Positions 13,200 to 25,747 of a DNA stretch of 64,000 bases are shown here, piece after piece. This DNA is from Octopus sinensis (taxonomy: Eukaryota), in assembly GCF_006345805.1 (NCBI RefSeq), contig NC_043012.1, forward strand, positions 32,736,001 through 32,800,000, given 5' to 3'. The notes beneath the pieces are model-generated. The model worked only from the letters and a program-made list of their open reading frames with translations, had not been told where the DNA came from and did not search any database. Numbering within the stretch: the first letter of the stretch is position 1; the number at the start of each line of letters is the position of its first letter. A program made the position numbers and the translations under genes.

Positions 13200-13716
13200 G
13201 GCAGTGAGCTGGAAGAATCGTTATGCTTAATGGCATTTCGTCCATCTTTACGTTCTGAGTTCAAATTCCGCCAAGGCTGACTTTACCTTTCATCCTTTCA
13301 GGGTCAATAAAGTAAGTACCAATTAAAATTAAAATTAAAAAATATTTTTGTTGTTTTTGTAAAATCTTAGAAAATATTTAAAAATTCACATTTTTTGTCA
13401 AATTATTTTGTTATATTTGTCTATCTATCCAACTGTAAACATTTAAAATATTTCACTAACTTTTTCTTATAACTTGGCAAAAGGGTACATTTTTTCTCAA
13501 AAATTGCTAAATTTGTTCCCACAGTCTTCTTTATCCACAAACAGAATCGTAAACTTTCTCTTGAAAATATTTCAAACTAGTCAAATTCCGCCAAGGCTGA
13601 CTTTACCTTTCATCCTTTCAGGGTTAATAAAGTAAGTACCAGTAGAGCACTGGGGTTGATGCAATCAACTGACTCACTGCCTTCAAAATTGCTGGCCTTG
13701 TGCCAAAATTCGAAAC
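13200..13716 (+). mobile_element. Family A-related SINE interrupted by a 259 bp insert with a 61 bp duplication
   Basis: 13261-13321 matches 13581-13641 with 1 mismatch. Confidence 0.75.
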
Positions 13717-14093
13717 CAATGTCATGCCTTTCTTATCATGTGTTATCATTGAGACTGAAACACCTAAAGAAGCATAAATATGTTAAGCCTTAGAGAGATA
13801 AATCAGTTACACTGTTTACAGATTGCACATGGAAGTGAACATGTTCCACAAGTAACTTGGTCATCTCCATTTTCAACTGCAAAATACTTCTTTTTAAGTT
13901 TACATCCACAAAAGAAAAGAAAACAACTGTGCAGGTCATTAGGTAGGTGGGAGCTTAAATTTGACTATGACCGACTGTAAAGCTCTTTTTTGATCCTAGA
14001 GTGTACTGGAAGTCTTGGTATTCCTCTATTTTGTAAAGCATATATTATATATACATTGGCCTTTTAAATATAAGTATAATTAAAAAGTCAAAA

Positions 14094-14279
14094 CTATTGA
14101 AAAGGTTGCAAGAAGCAATGAAAATTTTAGGAAAATAAAGATAAGTAAAAAGTGGAAATTTTACCGGTGAGTGTGTTACATAATAAGGCACAAAAAGAAA
14201 ATGACTCTCCCCAGACACAACAGAATATGCTTCAACACACAAACTCATATAAAGAACCTTGCAAACCAAATCAAAAAAT
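14094..14279 (+). mobile_element. About 190 bp MITE-like repeat (family F)
   Basis: CTATTGAAAAGGTTGCAAG..CTTGCAAACCAAATCAAA, also seen at 49179 and twice at 45318-45609. Confidence 0.75.
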
Positions 14280-14520
14280 GAAATATCATTAAAAAATTTG
14301 CTAAATAGATGTAATTTTTCATGCTGAATTAGATTTTGTTATTCATTTGCTCTAGAAAAATTTTTTGAAAAATGTTGTTACAGAGGTTTAAAGTTTGAGC
14401 CACAAGCTTTTTAATTCAAGAACATGTGCTGAATCAAAGTGAAGAGAATTCAATATGTAAAGTATGGCAATTTGTTGAAAATGAGATACTGTAATTTGAT
14501 GTCATTTTCTGTATATCACA

Positions 14521-14908
14521 TCTCTCTATATATAAACAGCAAAATGTCGGTCTGTGTGTCTGTGTGTGTGTATCCTTTATACAATCCACAGTTTTTCAGT
14601 TAGAGGGCTCGCACTTTCTATGGTCATTCAAAACCGTCCAAGGGTGGTCGTGCACATCTTTACATTTCCCCAGTCACCCCGCAAAGCCATTAAAAAATCA
14701 ATAGAAGTGACTTTTTTGTGAATTTTCTATCCAAAACCCAACCAAAATGCCCGAAACTTGATACGCCAATTGAATGCCAGCTAGCTGTATGTGATTGGTC
14801 GGAGATTTGGACAGTACTCGCGTGCATGTGCGCATGCACGCAGCTGTATATGCATGCACTAGCACTATGACCCGGCGTTGACCCGGCGTTGCCGGGTCAT
14901 AGTGCTAG
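14521..14908 (+). mobile_element. Non-autonomous Helitron, second copy
   Basis: A|TC..CTAG|T with an 11 bp GACCCGGCGTT duplication in the hairpin loop. Confidence 0.8.
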
Positions 14909-15025
14909 TCTCTAATATTTTACACCAGCTACAAAGCTTGTGTTGATTTCATTATGTTCTGCTTGGTATGAGAGTGAAGCAAAAGCTTGCAACCATCGAG
15001 TGAAGGTGAAGTAGAATAAGGTCAT

Positions 15026-15236
15026 CCTTTAGCATTTAAACCGACCATATCTGGCCTAAATATTCTACCTGTTTTCTGTTCAGACTGGCCAGATCTGGCT
15101 TCTCACACCTACCCTAAAATGTTATTCTAAAAATAAATAACCACATCATTGAAATAATGAAGCTACAGGATAATGTAAATCAATAGTGTAAATCAATAAG
15201 CATCACATTTGATAGATGAATGTGAATGTTAGAGAA
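15026..15236. mobile_element. piggyBac-type MITE, same family, opposite orientation
   Basis: CCTTTAGCATTTAAACCGACCATATCTGG start, homologous to the reverse complement of 58861-59072. Confidence 0.65.
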
Positions 15237-15990
15237 TAAAGTGAAAGTCTTTTAGTTCTGGGTATACACAACCAGCATGGCTGAAAAAACACTTGGTTTC
15301 TCATTGGGTCAATAAAATGAATTGAAAATGGTGATCAATTTGAGCATCACTTATTGCTTGGAGTCACACACACATGACTCACATCTATAGATGTAAAAAG
15401 ATTACATCTATAAAAAATATTTTGTATTAATAAAATGAAAAATGCTTATATCTAATGTTGATAATAACATTTCAGAATTTTTATTGTTGCAGTCACAGTT
15501 TTTGAAATTTTAAAATTAAGTGAAAATTTTTTAAAAATTGCTATATAGATGTAATTTTTCATGCTGAATCAGATTTTGTTATTCATTTGTTCTAGAAAAA
15601 AAATTTTTGAAAAATGTTACAGAGGTTTGATAATTTTTACCCAATCAGAAAACACGATTCGAAAGCTGGCATTTTGTGCACAATAGCTGTCTATGACAAT
15701 ATTATGGCGACAAACTTGTAAGAAGCTTTGAAGCTTTATTAAGTTTCAATAAATAAAGTTATATGAAATATTGGAACAGGCATGTAAACAAATTAATAAG
15801 GAAAAATTTGCAATGATTCTTTTTATTTTTTGCATAAAATTACAAAAATTCAAACTGTACTCTTTCAAGTTAATAAACCCAATGCTATGGTGCTCTGTTC
15901 TATGTCAAAAATTATAATCAATTTCAGGAGTCCACAAGTCACTGAAAATTGTGGTTCCTAGAACTGACTGATGTATACATTCCTCTAGTT

Positions 15991-16383
15991 CAGTGGTTTC
16001 CAACCTTTTCACTACCAAGGACCCCTTTTATTTAAATGAGTTTTCCCATAGACCCCAAGGTATTCTTATCCTTATGTATGTATGTATGTGTGTGTATATA
16101 TATATATAGGGATAAGAATGTGCATTGTCCGTTTAATTGGAAAATTCTATATGTGGCTGAAGATTGCTCGACATTTTAAAACTGATGTAATACTTACAGT
16201 GTTTAATAAAATGAAGTAGCATGAAACAATTGTACTACTCTACCTTGGATATCCTTGTTGCTTATTTTGATATATTTATATATATATATATACACATACG
16301 AAATTTTGAATTTAGTTTACAGACCCCCAGTACTACCTTTGCAGACCACTGGGGGTCCATAAACCGCAGGTTGGGAACCACTG
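15991..16383. mobile_element. hAT-like MITE
   Basis: TIR CAGTGGTTTCCAACCT / AGGTTGGGAACCACTG, subterminal GACCCC/GGGGTC, degenerate 8 bp flanks CTCTAGTT and TTCTCGTG. Confidence 0.75.
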
Positions 16384-16389
16384 TTCTCG

Positions 16390-16930
16390 TGTGTTGCGAT
16401 TCCAATGGAGTGCCACATAAAGAAAAACATGTCTGGTCTCACAACACAATCCTCTGCAAGCTCACTGCTCGGATAGCAAGCACCCTTCCTCAGTTGTATA
16501 TCTCAATAATCTTCCCAAGACTGTCCATCTGAACCGAGTTGCAGAGCAGATCCTCCGCACATATTTCCTGAAAAAAAGCTGCTGTAATCAATAGCTGTGC
16601 AATGGCTCATCCCCAGTTCTTCAACACCAAACCAGACTGAAGTAAATTCCTTGAACCATGAGTGTAGGTAAAAAGCAGTACAGTCCTAAGAGGAAGGGTG
16701 CCATTTTCCAATCATGTATCTTTGGCAGACACACACACACATTGCATCCTTTTTGGAAGCACAGCCAGTAAATTTTTTCATGAAGCATCTTCTTATTCAT
16801 AGAGTGTCTTTTTGTAGATAATTTAGCGATTCTTTTGTAAGTAAAAAAACCACATCCTCCTTGTTTTCAATTTCTCCATCAAAATTCAAAAGGTTAAAAG
16901 AGTTGGCTGCGGTCAGATCTTTTTTATGTA
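16390..16930 (-). mobile_element. Merlin/IS1595-like transposase relic
   Basis: ELGMSHCTAIDYSSFFQEICAEDLLCNSVQMDSLGKIIEI resembles the Merlin segment before the first catalytic D (..CAE.LL.NP.QIGG.GKIVEIDE). Confidence 0.55.
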
Positions 16931-19154
16931 AGTTGAAAAGGTCCAGGAGAATACACAGTTCAAAATTATGAAAATGAGTTAATGACAGGACATCAACTGA
17001 AAATATCCTTTTGTTTCTTAGAAATTAAAAAAAAACTATACAGGTGAAAATGACAAAAATGAGGTAGTACAAACGTTCAGAAAAGAGGTACTTGTCAAAG
17101 AAAGTAGACAGGTAAAGATGATACATGTAGTTGTGGTAGTTTAAACAGTATATGGTTTGTTACTATGGAAACAGATACCAATATGTTTGTGACTTTCGAT
17201 TGGCTAAAATTATCCAAAATTTGCAAACTTTAAAAGCTATTAAGTTTTTATTAATTTATTGCAAAAATGAATTTCATTTCCATCATTAGCATGCACAACT
17301 ACATCAGTACACCAAATTTGAAAACAATTGGAACAAAATTAAAAGAATTGAAAACTGTGACAGCAACAGAAACGATCCACATTTTATGTAAAAAGATTAT
17401 ATTAATACTTAATATTTTTTTAAATATTGGTTTTAAAATGTGGCACAGGGCCAGCTATTTTTTGGTGGGGGGTGGAAGAGGGGGTAAGTCGATAACATTG
17501 TTATCAGTGCTCAACTGTGACTTATTTTATCGACTCGAAAGGATGAAAGGCAAAGGGTTTTAAATATTAATTTATGATGGAGAAGCAACTTTCCCTGCTT
17601 TCAAATGTTTTATCTCGTATTATGTTCAACACTCATACATAGAACAATAGCACATACTTAATTTACCAATTTCTTTTCATGTTTTTTTTTCCTTAACCAA
17701 CATTTGATATATTGAAAAGATTCCGGAAAATCCACTTGATTAACAGATTCTTCTACTTAATTAACGGAACCTTTCTTGTTTTCCGCTTATGATTTTACAA
17801 TATCATATTAGATAGTTAAATGAGTGCAAGTCACTAATTAAATCACTTTCTGTCAAACACTTTGCAGGCAAAAAAATTTCTCTCGAGTGTATAGTGTATG
17901 TGTCTATTTACTTTCTTATGGAATTAATTACAAAACTAAAGCCAGTTTATTGAATGTGAGCGAAGTTATTTCTAATTTCCTTTTTTTTTGTTTTGTTTTT
18001 GAATTATATTATCGATCAATATGTAATTATTTGACAACGACTGTTTTCTCTATTCTTTCATTTTTGTATTTTTCCTATTGCTGCGCTTGTTATAAACACA
18101 GAAAAGCAAAACTGTGATTCAGTTTCATTTCGTTAATAACATTTTAGTTGATTTACACTACAACTCTGAATATGAGGGCTCTTCTCTGCTCTAAATATGA
18201 GATCATTTTTGTTTGATGAAACGAAGCAAATACTGTGGTTGAAAAATCTTGTTGGCAGAGCCGTATTTATGAGGCGGGGACAAAAGTTGCAATTGTCTCG
18301 GCACATACAAACGAAAAAAACTCCATTGAGTTAACTGAACACCTAACTATATAATCAAAGTTACTTGAAGAGGAATAAAGTAAATTATCTTTTAAAAATC
18401 TACAACACGACAACTAACATCTAAATATATGGCATTCCTTCGATATTGGTCTACAGAGTCTTGGTGTAAGGAGGCGATGTCATTCAGAATGTCGTTATGT
18501 ACAAATGTCAACGGATTGCCAAATACATTTCTATTTTACCTAACACATTAGGAAATTTATTTATTTTTGTTTTGCCTCGGGTTTCATAGATTTGCAAGCA
18601 TCAAGCTCTAGGAAACCATGTCAAAGCAGACACTAGAGATTAATATGTAGTTCTAGGATTCATCGGATCCTGTGGAACCGCTCAACCCATATTTGCATGG
18701 AACATGGCAGTTAAATGATCCAATGATGATGACGATGTTTCCCTCATTGTTATCGTCAACATCATTACCAATGCTGTAATAATGATACACGGTTGTAGAA
18801 TTCGAGATGACTGGAAATAGTCAAGAAAATCAAAGATAATCTTTCAGTATAAAAGGGTTCAAAAAAAGTGGGGCGATAAATAAGTCAGCTTACTGTTAAC
18901 GTAGACATTAGCCATAGCCACCAAAAAGTGAACAGAAGTCTTTTTCTTTCGTACAAAATTCCTCCATATAAACTCGTGTAAATATGAAACGAATAGATTG
19001 TCTAACGTTCCAAATTGACGTCATAATTTCCTTTTTTTCCCCCACATCCACATATTCTCCACATTTTGCGCGTGGACGTCGTTATTTGTCGAATCTATAG
19101 ACTTCTGATGCACAATCACTTTATGAGTGTACATACCGTAATTTAGGTATGAGA

Positions 19155-20292
19155 TTTTATTATTATTATTTTGGCGATCTTTCGTCTCTAGTAGACCTTT
19201 CCGTCGATTTCCGTAAAAATTTTTTTTTTTTTTACATATGGGCTTGCGGGAACTTTTGAAGTAATATACATACATATACACATACACCGAGTAAAAAACT
19301 TCAGTTATCTCTTTCTTTCACACATTACTCTGTCTCTTCACACACACTAACAGAAGCACTTCACTTACACAACATACTGTCTGTCTCCCACACCCCATCA
19401 AACACACACACACACACACATGTACATCAATGTTTCCCCTGGACGGTAACTTCAAAAGAACTTCCCTCCTCATACAATCGCTTTCTCTTAGTCTCTTTCG
19501 CTCTCATTACTTCAAAAGTTCCCGCAAGCCCATATGTAAAAAAAAAATTTTTTACGGAAATCGACGGAAAGGTCTACTAGAGACGAAAGATTGCCATTAT
19601 TTTTTTTTTATTACCCACAAGGGGCCAACAAAGAGGGGACAATACAATCTGATTTTGGGGTCAGATGAGCAAATGATTATACAAAAAAGATGACATTAAA
19701 AATTTTACAAAAATAAGAAAATATAATAAAATCGAATGATAAGATAGACCGGAAGACATTACGGATGGAGTGGGGGGCGGGTTTAATTCGGACCCCACGA
19801 GCCCCGCCTCGCCACTGATACCTGAGTTACATCCTGTGTCGCATTCACGAGGTTCCATCCACACGCAACATCAGTGCTACATTCTTCCATCGATCTTCAA
19901 ACATTTTCACAGTCAGGCATTTTCTCTCTAGCCCTATTTTCCTTTTAAGGTGAAAGGTGAAGTAATTCACCAATTCAGGGCCAGAGATGAAATTGCCCGA
20001 CTCTAACCCTTTCAGCCTCGTCTTCCAAATTACCTCTCTCGCGATTGCTACTACAATGAGAAAACAATTCTTACCTTCTTTCGAAAGGAAATCAGGTGGG
20101 TCAATTTTTACAATAGACTCAGTCGACAGCTGTACTCTTCGTGCACTTGACACCAGTTGTTCAGCATAAACCCACACATCTGACACCTCCGAACATTGAA
20201 CAATAGCAAGCGGGACGGTTTCCCTATCCCGCTCGCATCTTGGACAGGTCGAAGGGCCGTGGCCACCATGCCTTGTGAGCTTGTCCCGAACA
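19155..20292 (-). mobile_element. 5'-truncated L1/Tx1-like LINE (zf-RVT C-terminus) with composite 3' region and 17 bp target site duplication
   Basis: VRDKLTRHG..TCPRCERDRETVPLAIVQC..VIWKTRLKG..FHLKRKIGLER..FEDRW. GTAATTTAGGTATGAGA occurs at 19138-19154 and 20293-20309. An (AAT)n tail lies at 19155-19172. Confidence 0.8.
19173..19595. repeat. About 90 bp near-perfect inverted repeat
   Basis: Arms 19173-19265 and 19506-19595 differ mainly in poly-T length. Confidence 0.9.
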
Positions 20293-21208
20293 GTAATTTA
20301 GGTATGAGAACCTAATTATTTCCCCTTTAATTTTTATTTATTTTTTAAACACCCTATACCGAAAGATTACCAAATCAAGAATCAATTCAGTAAATTATTT
20401 CAGGTGTATTCTGTGCATTGGTATTCGATCCAGAGACTTAAAAAATCTATCTTTAGACTTACCTATATAAATTGGCCAGCAATAAAATGTAATTGAAACA
20501 AAAATGATTTTTTGTCAATTCTTTTAAAATGAATTTTTGTTTTTATCTAGATTTCTGAGTTTTCATTGAAATCCACAAGGTGTGGGCTGCCGGTTATCTG
20601 TATTCAACCTGACCTTTATAATTTCTTTTCTTTTTTTTCGGTAAAATATAGATACGGAAGGGAAATGGTTTTCCATCAATAACACTGGATACTAATGTCG
20701 AATCCAAGAGATAAATGGCACTAATACGGTACCTTTATTTTATAAGTATATACATTACGTCAGATAGTTTCATTTTATTTTCATTTTGTATAACTTAACT
20801 GAAAGATCAGATACTTTGCGCAAGTATATAATGAACCTATTCTATAGTGCTTAGCTACAATGAAGTGAATTCAGTTTCAAAGATTATAATATGGACTCAA
20901 CACAGCGGGAGCTTAATTTATTATTCAGCGGTTTATGTCATAACGATATTAACTTCACAGAGATTTTCAAGCATAAAGTCACATTTTGAAGAGGAAATGC
21001 ATTGTAGGAGCTAAGGAACCGCAACCAACTATTGTAAAGTATTTAGTTCGGTACTTTATCATTTTGTCTCTTTTAGATATCTGGTGTAAAGCTAGGTTTG
21101 TACTGGGTTTCGGGCTAAATTGGACACTTTGCATAAAAGAAAACAATTTCACATCCCAAAATAAAAGTATTTAAAAAAATATTAACTAGATTATGACTGG
21201 GAGATAAC

Positions 21209-21540
21209 ACTTTATTCAAAGTAGCCGTTTTCAGCTTCCACCATGGCCTCGAGTCTGCTCCGGAATCTGACGTATGCGTTCTTCACTATGTCTCTGAGAA
21301 GACCTTCGAACACCTTGATTTTAGTCACCTCTGCTCGGCCTTGGTGTTGCAAGCCGAGCATTTGATGTCTCTCTCAACCACACCTCACACATAGTAACTC
21401 ATCGGGTTACAATTAAGGAAATTAGGAGGCCTGAAATTGTAGCTGGCAGTCATAGAAATTCTCCGATAATCAGTTCTAACTCTTCCCGAGGTTATGGCAA
21501 GGGGCCAAATCCTGCTGTCATACGTATGGCCTTCTAACAG
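21209..21540 (-). mobile_element. Tc1/mariner (maT/DD37D-like) transposase C-terminal relic
   Basis: APCHN..SENFYD..VFEGLLRDIVKNAYVRFRSRLEAMVEAENGYFE*. Confidence 0.75.
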
Positions 21541-21854
21541 CAACCCTCTTCAGTTGGGTATTGACCACAGTATCCAGTAGGCCCCGTTCAAAGCAGTGGG
21601 GGTTGATATCGGCATGCAGGTGCAGTCAGAACGCTTGTTGTGCCCCTTCCTACTGGCTACGGATTCGTAGTCTCTGATACAGCTGTCCATGTCATGTCTT
21701 GTAGCCTTTACAGTGTTCACAGAGTATTGAGCAACAGTCATGATGTTGGCATTTTGATACTCAGGGCAAATCTGAGGGGTACGGGGTTCGACTGCTGGCA
21801 ACTTTTTCCCGTCTTCTATGGGTAAATACCCAATCTCTTTCTACTGTATTCGAA

Positions 21855-21909
<55 letters not shown>

Positions 21910-21910
21910 T
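21855..21910. repeat. (ATT)n microsatellite
   Basis: Directly visible. Confidence 0.95.
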
Positions 21911-22007
21911 TTGTCTGTAAAATACCAAACTTCAAAGTTTGTTTATAAAATGTTCTCACATTCGAAAAGCTATTATTTAGGATTAAAATTGACGATTATT
22001 GTTGCCA

Positions 22008-22075
22008 GGGGCCGTTTAGCTTAATGGTTTGAGTACTCAGCCGATATCTGAGGGGTACGGGTTCAACACTCTCTG
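22008..22075 (+). other. tRNA-like SINE head or tRNA pseudogene
   Basis: A-box TAGCTTAATGG, CTCAG/CTGAG anticodon stem, B-box-like GGTTCAAC. Acceptor and T stems are incomplete. A related fragment is near 21770. Confidence 0.45.
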
Positions 22076-22259
22076 TAGCTGTCTGCTGGCAATCTTTCTT
22101 TGCAGTTTTCACTCCTATACTACGTTCAAAATTGACTTCCTTGTCTGTACAACACATTCGGCACTTCCAAAGCTTGTTTATTATATATATATATACTGTA
22201 AGTATTAGACAAATAACTGTCTTTAAATTCGATATCTTCGTGAACAGAAAATGAGGGAT

Positions 22260-22680
22260 CTATAGGGCTAATTTTAATTCCGCTTTGAGATTTTAGCGAC
22301 CGAGTACCGTCATCAAGTATCCATGGAAACACTGATTAGAAGCCTATTATCACTGAGAGCTTCAACAGTTGTTAAGAAATCTCAAAATAGGAATGAAACC
22401 TGTTCGGTTTATCCTTCTTTTTCTGCTCACAAAAAATATTCTTTATAGAAACATGATATTGATATCTGCCTATTACATATAGTCCAAAATTAGAAAAACT
22501 TAAAGACGAAGCGAAAGAACAATAAACAGGATTTATTGGGTTTAAGTTCAAGAAAAATGGAAGAAGTCTTCAACGTTTCGAGCCTACACTTTTCTACTGA
22601 AAGGATACAGTCTTGGTTAAAATCTATAGTTATACCCTCCTTTACAGAATAATCATATTTTACTTCAGATGTCATAGATT
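22260..22680 (-). mobile_element. Possible second, older Penelope-like C-terminal relic
   Basis: ORF segment IDFNQDCILSVEKCRLETLKTSSIFLELKPN resembles PLE C-termini. Downstream lies an eroded TTGATGA..CGCT/AGCG..GAAT motif. Confidence 0.3.
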
Positions 22681-23041
22681 ATCGTGTTACGTATACAATC
22701 AACAGTTGAAGAAGTATCGTCGAAAATCATAAACATTTAATTTATGATAGCCCAATGTTATGTATTTGGTGTAAAAGAAACGAGACGGTGCAGAAATGGA
22801 ATAAACGTAAAGTGTAATGTATGCATACTCACGATATCTCGGAAAATAAATACAAATGAATTCACATTAAAAGTGCTCTACTTCATGAAGAATTTTAATA
22901 AAATCTGACTATCTTTACATGACTATATCATAATATTATATGAATGTTAATGCCCCAACACAGCTCGATATCTTGAGGTTGAACAAATTAAAATATGTGT
23001 ACAAGTAAATAGATTGATAGATACATACATACATTTAACTT

Positions 23042-23642
23042 AGACATTTCTACCAACGTAGTTAGGAGCTTCCTGTCGTTAATAAAGAAACATTTCCCTA
23101 AAGCCCATAAGTATTACAACTCTTCAACCCCCATAGCGTCAAGGTAAGCTACTCCTGCTTAGACAACGTCGCACACATCAACAGACGTAAAAGCGCACCC
23201 ACACAACTCCCAACCCCAACCTGAAATTTCTGAAGCCCTACCACCTGCCCTCTAAGAGGATCCTGCCTCTCAAGGGCTATAGTATACAGAGCCACCCTTC
23301 ACCATCCGATGGTATTACTAGGCACTACACGAGTATGACAGTAAATAATTTCAAGGGAAGACATTCTCATCACTTGCATTCATTTAGATCCAGGGACAGA
23401 GAGAGAACGTCACCTGCCTGTCACGCTTTCTCTGGAGACTTCGTGACCTTCGAGACGAAACACCTAGCATCAAGTGGACTATTATCGACAGGGTGCCACC
23501 ATATTCACCCGGCGCCCCTAACTGCCGGCTGTGCCTCCGCGAAAAACTGCATATCATCTACCAACCCGCACTATCCACCAGCAAGAAATATGAGGTATCG
23601 TATTGCTGTCACCAGAGGTACACTCTTCTGGTAAATTTCTAG
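23042..23642 (+). mobile_element. Penelope-like retroelement 3' fragment (GIY-YIG endonuclease, frameshifted)
   Basis: Translates across frames to TNVVRSFLSLIKKHFPKAHKY..FNPHSVKVSYSCLDNVAHI, then FKGRHSHHLHSFR, then CRLCLREKLHIIYQP..CCHQRYTLLVNF*. These match typical Penelope linker and GIY-YIG C-terminal motifs. Confidence 0.85.
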
Positions 23643-24099
23643 CCACTGGCCGCTGACAACCCAGATATGTTTCCTGTGTACCAGCCATTCCTAGCACCGC
23701 CTTTACCAATTAAACCCCATGAACAGCATCGCAAATCATCGACGCCTCGTACTTCCCCACGCCTGTCTACGCGCATACTCTCACCCCTTGTGCACGACCA
23801 CACGAGTGTATGTGCGCGTGCACAGGCACGTGCGTAAGAATATTCTTTTTTTCTTCTTATTATTATTAGCGGGTGATTGCTGAATATTCTTACTACAAAT
23901 AAAATAGCTGTCAAGTACTGGAGGCGATGCAATTGACTAATTCCTTCCTCTTAAAATTGCTAGTCTTGTGCCTAAATCCGAAATAGTTATTGGAAGCATC
24001 CGTTAGTCTCACGAGTCTATGGATCTACAGCTTGAATATCTTACTTCGGTCTTATTGGGTAGAGTAGCTGTGATTATAGAGACCAATATGTAGAGGACA

Positions 24100-24880
24100 G
24101 TCCTCGCTCTAGTGACCGCATTTGAAGGCACTGTCTGCCCCTCTTGTCTTTGGTGTTGTTTTTCTATTGATTGTGATTTCCCTTATCAGCAAGCATCAAC
24201 TCCCCTTTCGACTTTTTAAACCCTTGCCCTAGTTCCAGTCTCCAGTAGAAGTAATTACCAACAAAGTTTCCCCCATCATTCAACATTCTTGTAAAGAGAG
24301 ACCTCTCGTCTCTTTTGCAGACGTCATTGAAATGAAGACGGAGTTGCCTTTGCGTTCTCTTGCCGAAGCCTAGTTCCCCATACAGCAGATCTTTTGGGAT
24401 TCTCCTATCTGACATGCAATGTATGTGGTTCAGCCCTGCGGAGGTATCGTTATTGCAGTAGGATGAGGAGGCTGGGAATCCGTGTACGAGACAGGACCTC
24501 GTTGTTTGTGACTTTGGTCAGTTGATTACTGGGATTCTTCAAAAGCTGTATTAGTGAAAGGCGTTGAGACACCGCTCCTGGTCTCATCGCCGCAAAGCAG
24601 TGTGCCGAGGACGCAAGCTATGTTGACGGTAACCTTGGTGAGCACCGTTAGCCCACTGTTCTCTCAGACTTTTGTTGTTAGCCTTACTAAAGTTTGAAGC
24701 TGCTCTTCTAGTATGTCTGTTGATCTCAGGCTCGAGAGAGGGGGATGGGGAGGCGGGAGAGAGAGAAAGAGAGGGAGGGAGAGGCAGAGTTTGTTTGTGA
24801 TGGTGGCCGAGGTGTTTGAACTCATGGGCTATCTCCAACTCGCATTTGTTGCTGGTAATGATAGGTAATTGTTCAACAAG
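24100..24880 (-). mobile_element. RTE (BovB-like) LINE 3' fragment
   Basis: EFKHLG..EINRHTRRAASNFSK and MSDRRIPKDLLYGEL..GKR..F.DVCKRD. Confidence 0.8.
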
Positions 24881-25747
24881 TTAGCCTAGAACCTTCTCCT
24901 TAAGACAGATAGTCAAGCCGAAGTAAAATATTTAGCAATAAGATAATCTTATTTTTCCATCTCAGAAAGTCTTAAACTTAATTCAGCTATAAAAAGTAGC
25001 TTTTTTTTTTATTAAGAGGGTGGCTCTCCAGGAGGCGGGGTGCGATAATAATAAGTCGGGTTTATGGCGACCTCTGTATATCCAATGTATGGTCCATGCG
25101 GCTTGATTGCTTACAAAGAAGAAAAATCCCAAAAGACACAAGAAGAACATTAAATGACAATAGAAGACATAGATGTGTCGGCAAAATTTTTCGGAAGTGA
25201 GGCTGAAGCTGAGCTTAAGTTGCTTGCTTGAAAATTCTTCGAACTGCCTGGAAAAAGCTCAAAAGATTACAGAACAAGTTGATTAAACTAATTAATAATG
25301 TAAAGATATAGCTTAAGTGCTGGTACAAGAAAAATATTTCCAAAATGACAATGTTTTGTGACATTTTTGATACATACCCATCATTGTGAAGTCAGGGAAG
25401 GAGATCCAACAGGAGCAGCTCAAACCAGAAGAGATACCTCATTCCTCTTAAAACTGAATATTCTGATAACCTGGCAACATCTTCACGTACAATTGATTTT
25501 GTGTACGCCCATTCTGTACAAATCAAAAGAAAATTATTCACATGATCTCACTGATAACGATGTAACTATTCAATCTTCTGAAAGTAAAAAAAAAATGCTC
25601 AGAAGAACTTCACGTGGTAGGAATTACGCGTAAAATTTGAATTGCAGTCTTAATGAGGTCTCGAATGTCAACTGTCCTTGGCCGAGGTTTTTCATCGCCA
25701 TTTGAAGAAGGTTGCCGCTAATGTTCTGCCTATCTCATATATATTTC

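Larger units (their letters stand above)
14295..15630 (+). repeat. About 95 bp direct repeat (14295-14390 and 15535-15630), probably transposon subterminal DNA
   Basis: TAGATGTAATTTTTCATGCTGAAT.AGATTTTGTTATTCATTTG.TCTAGAAAAA in both copies. Confidence 0.7.

Noticed and set aside
13322-13580. Mitochondrial insertion (NUMT)
   Set aside because: AT-rich, but no recognisable mitochondrial gene or rRNA segment by eye.
22008-22075. Functional tRNA-Ile(GAT) gene
   Set aside because: Acceptor and T stems do not close, and GAT-anticodon Ile genes are atypical in animals. Treated as a SINE head or pseudogene.
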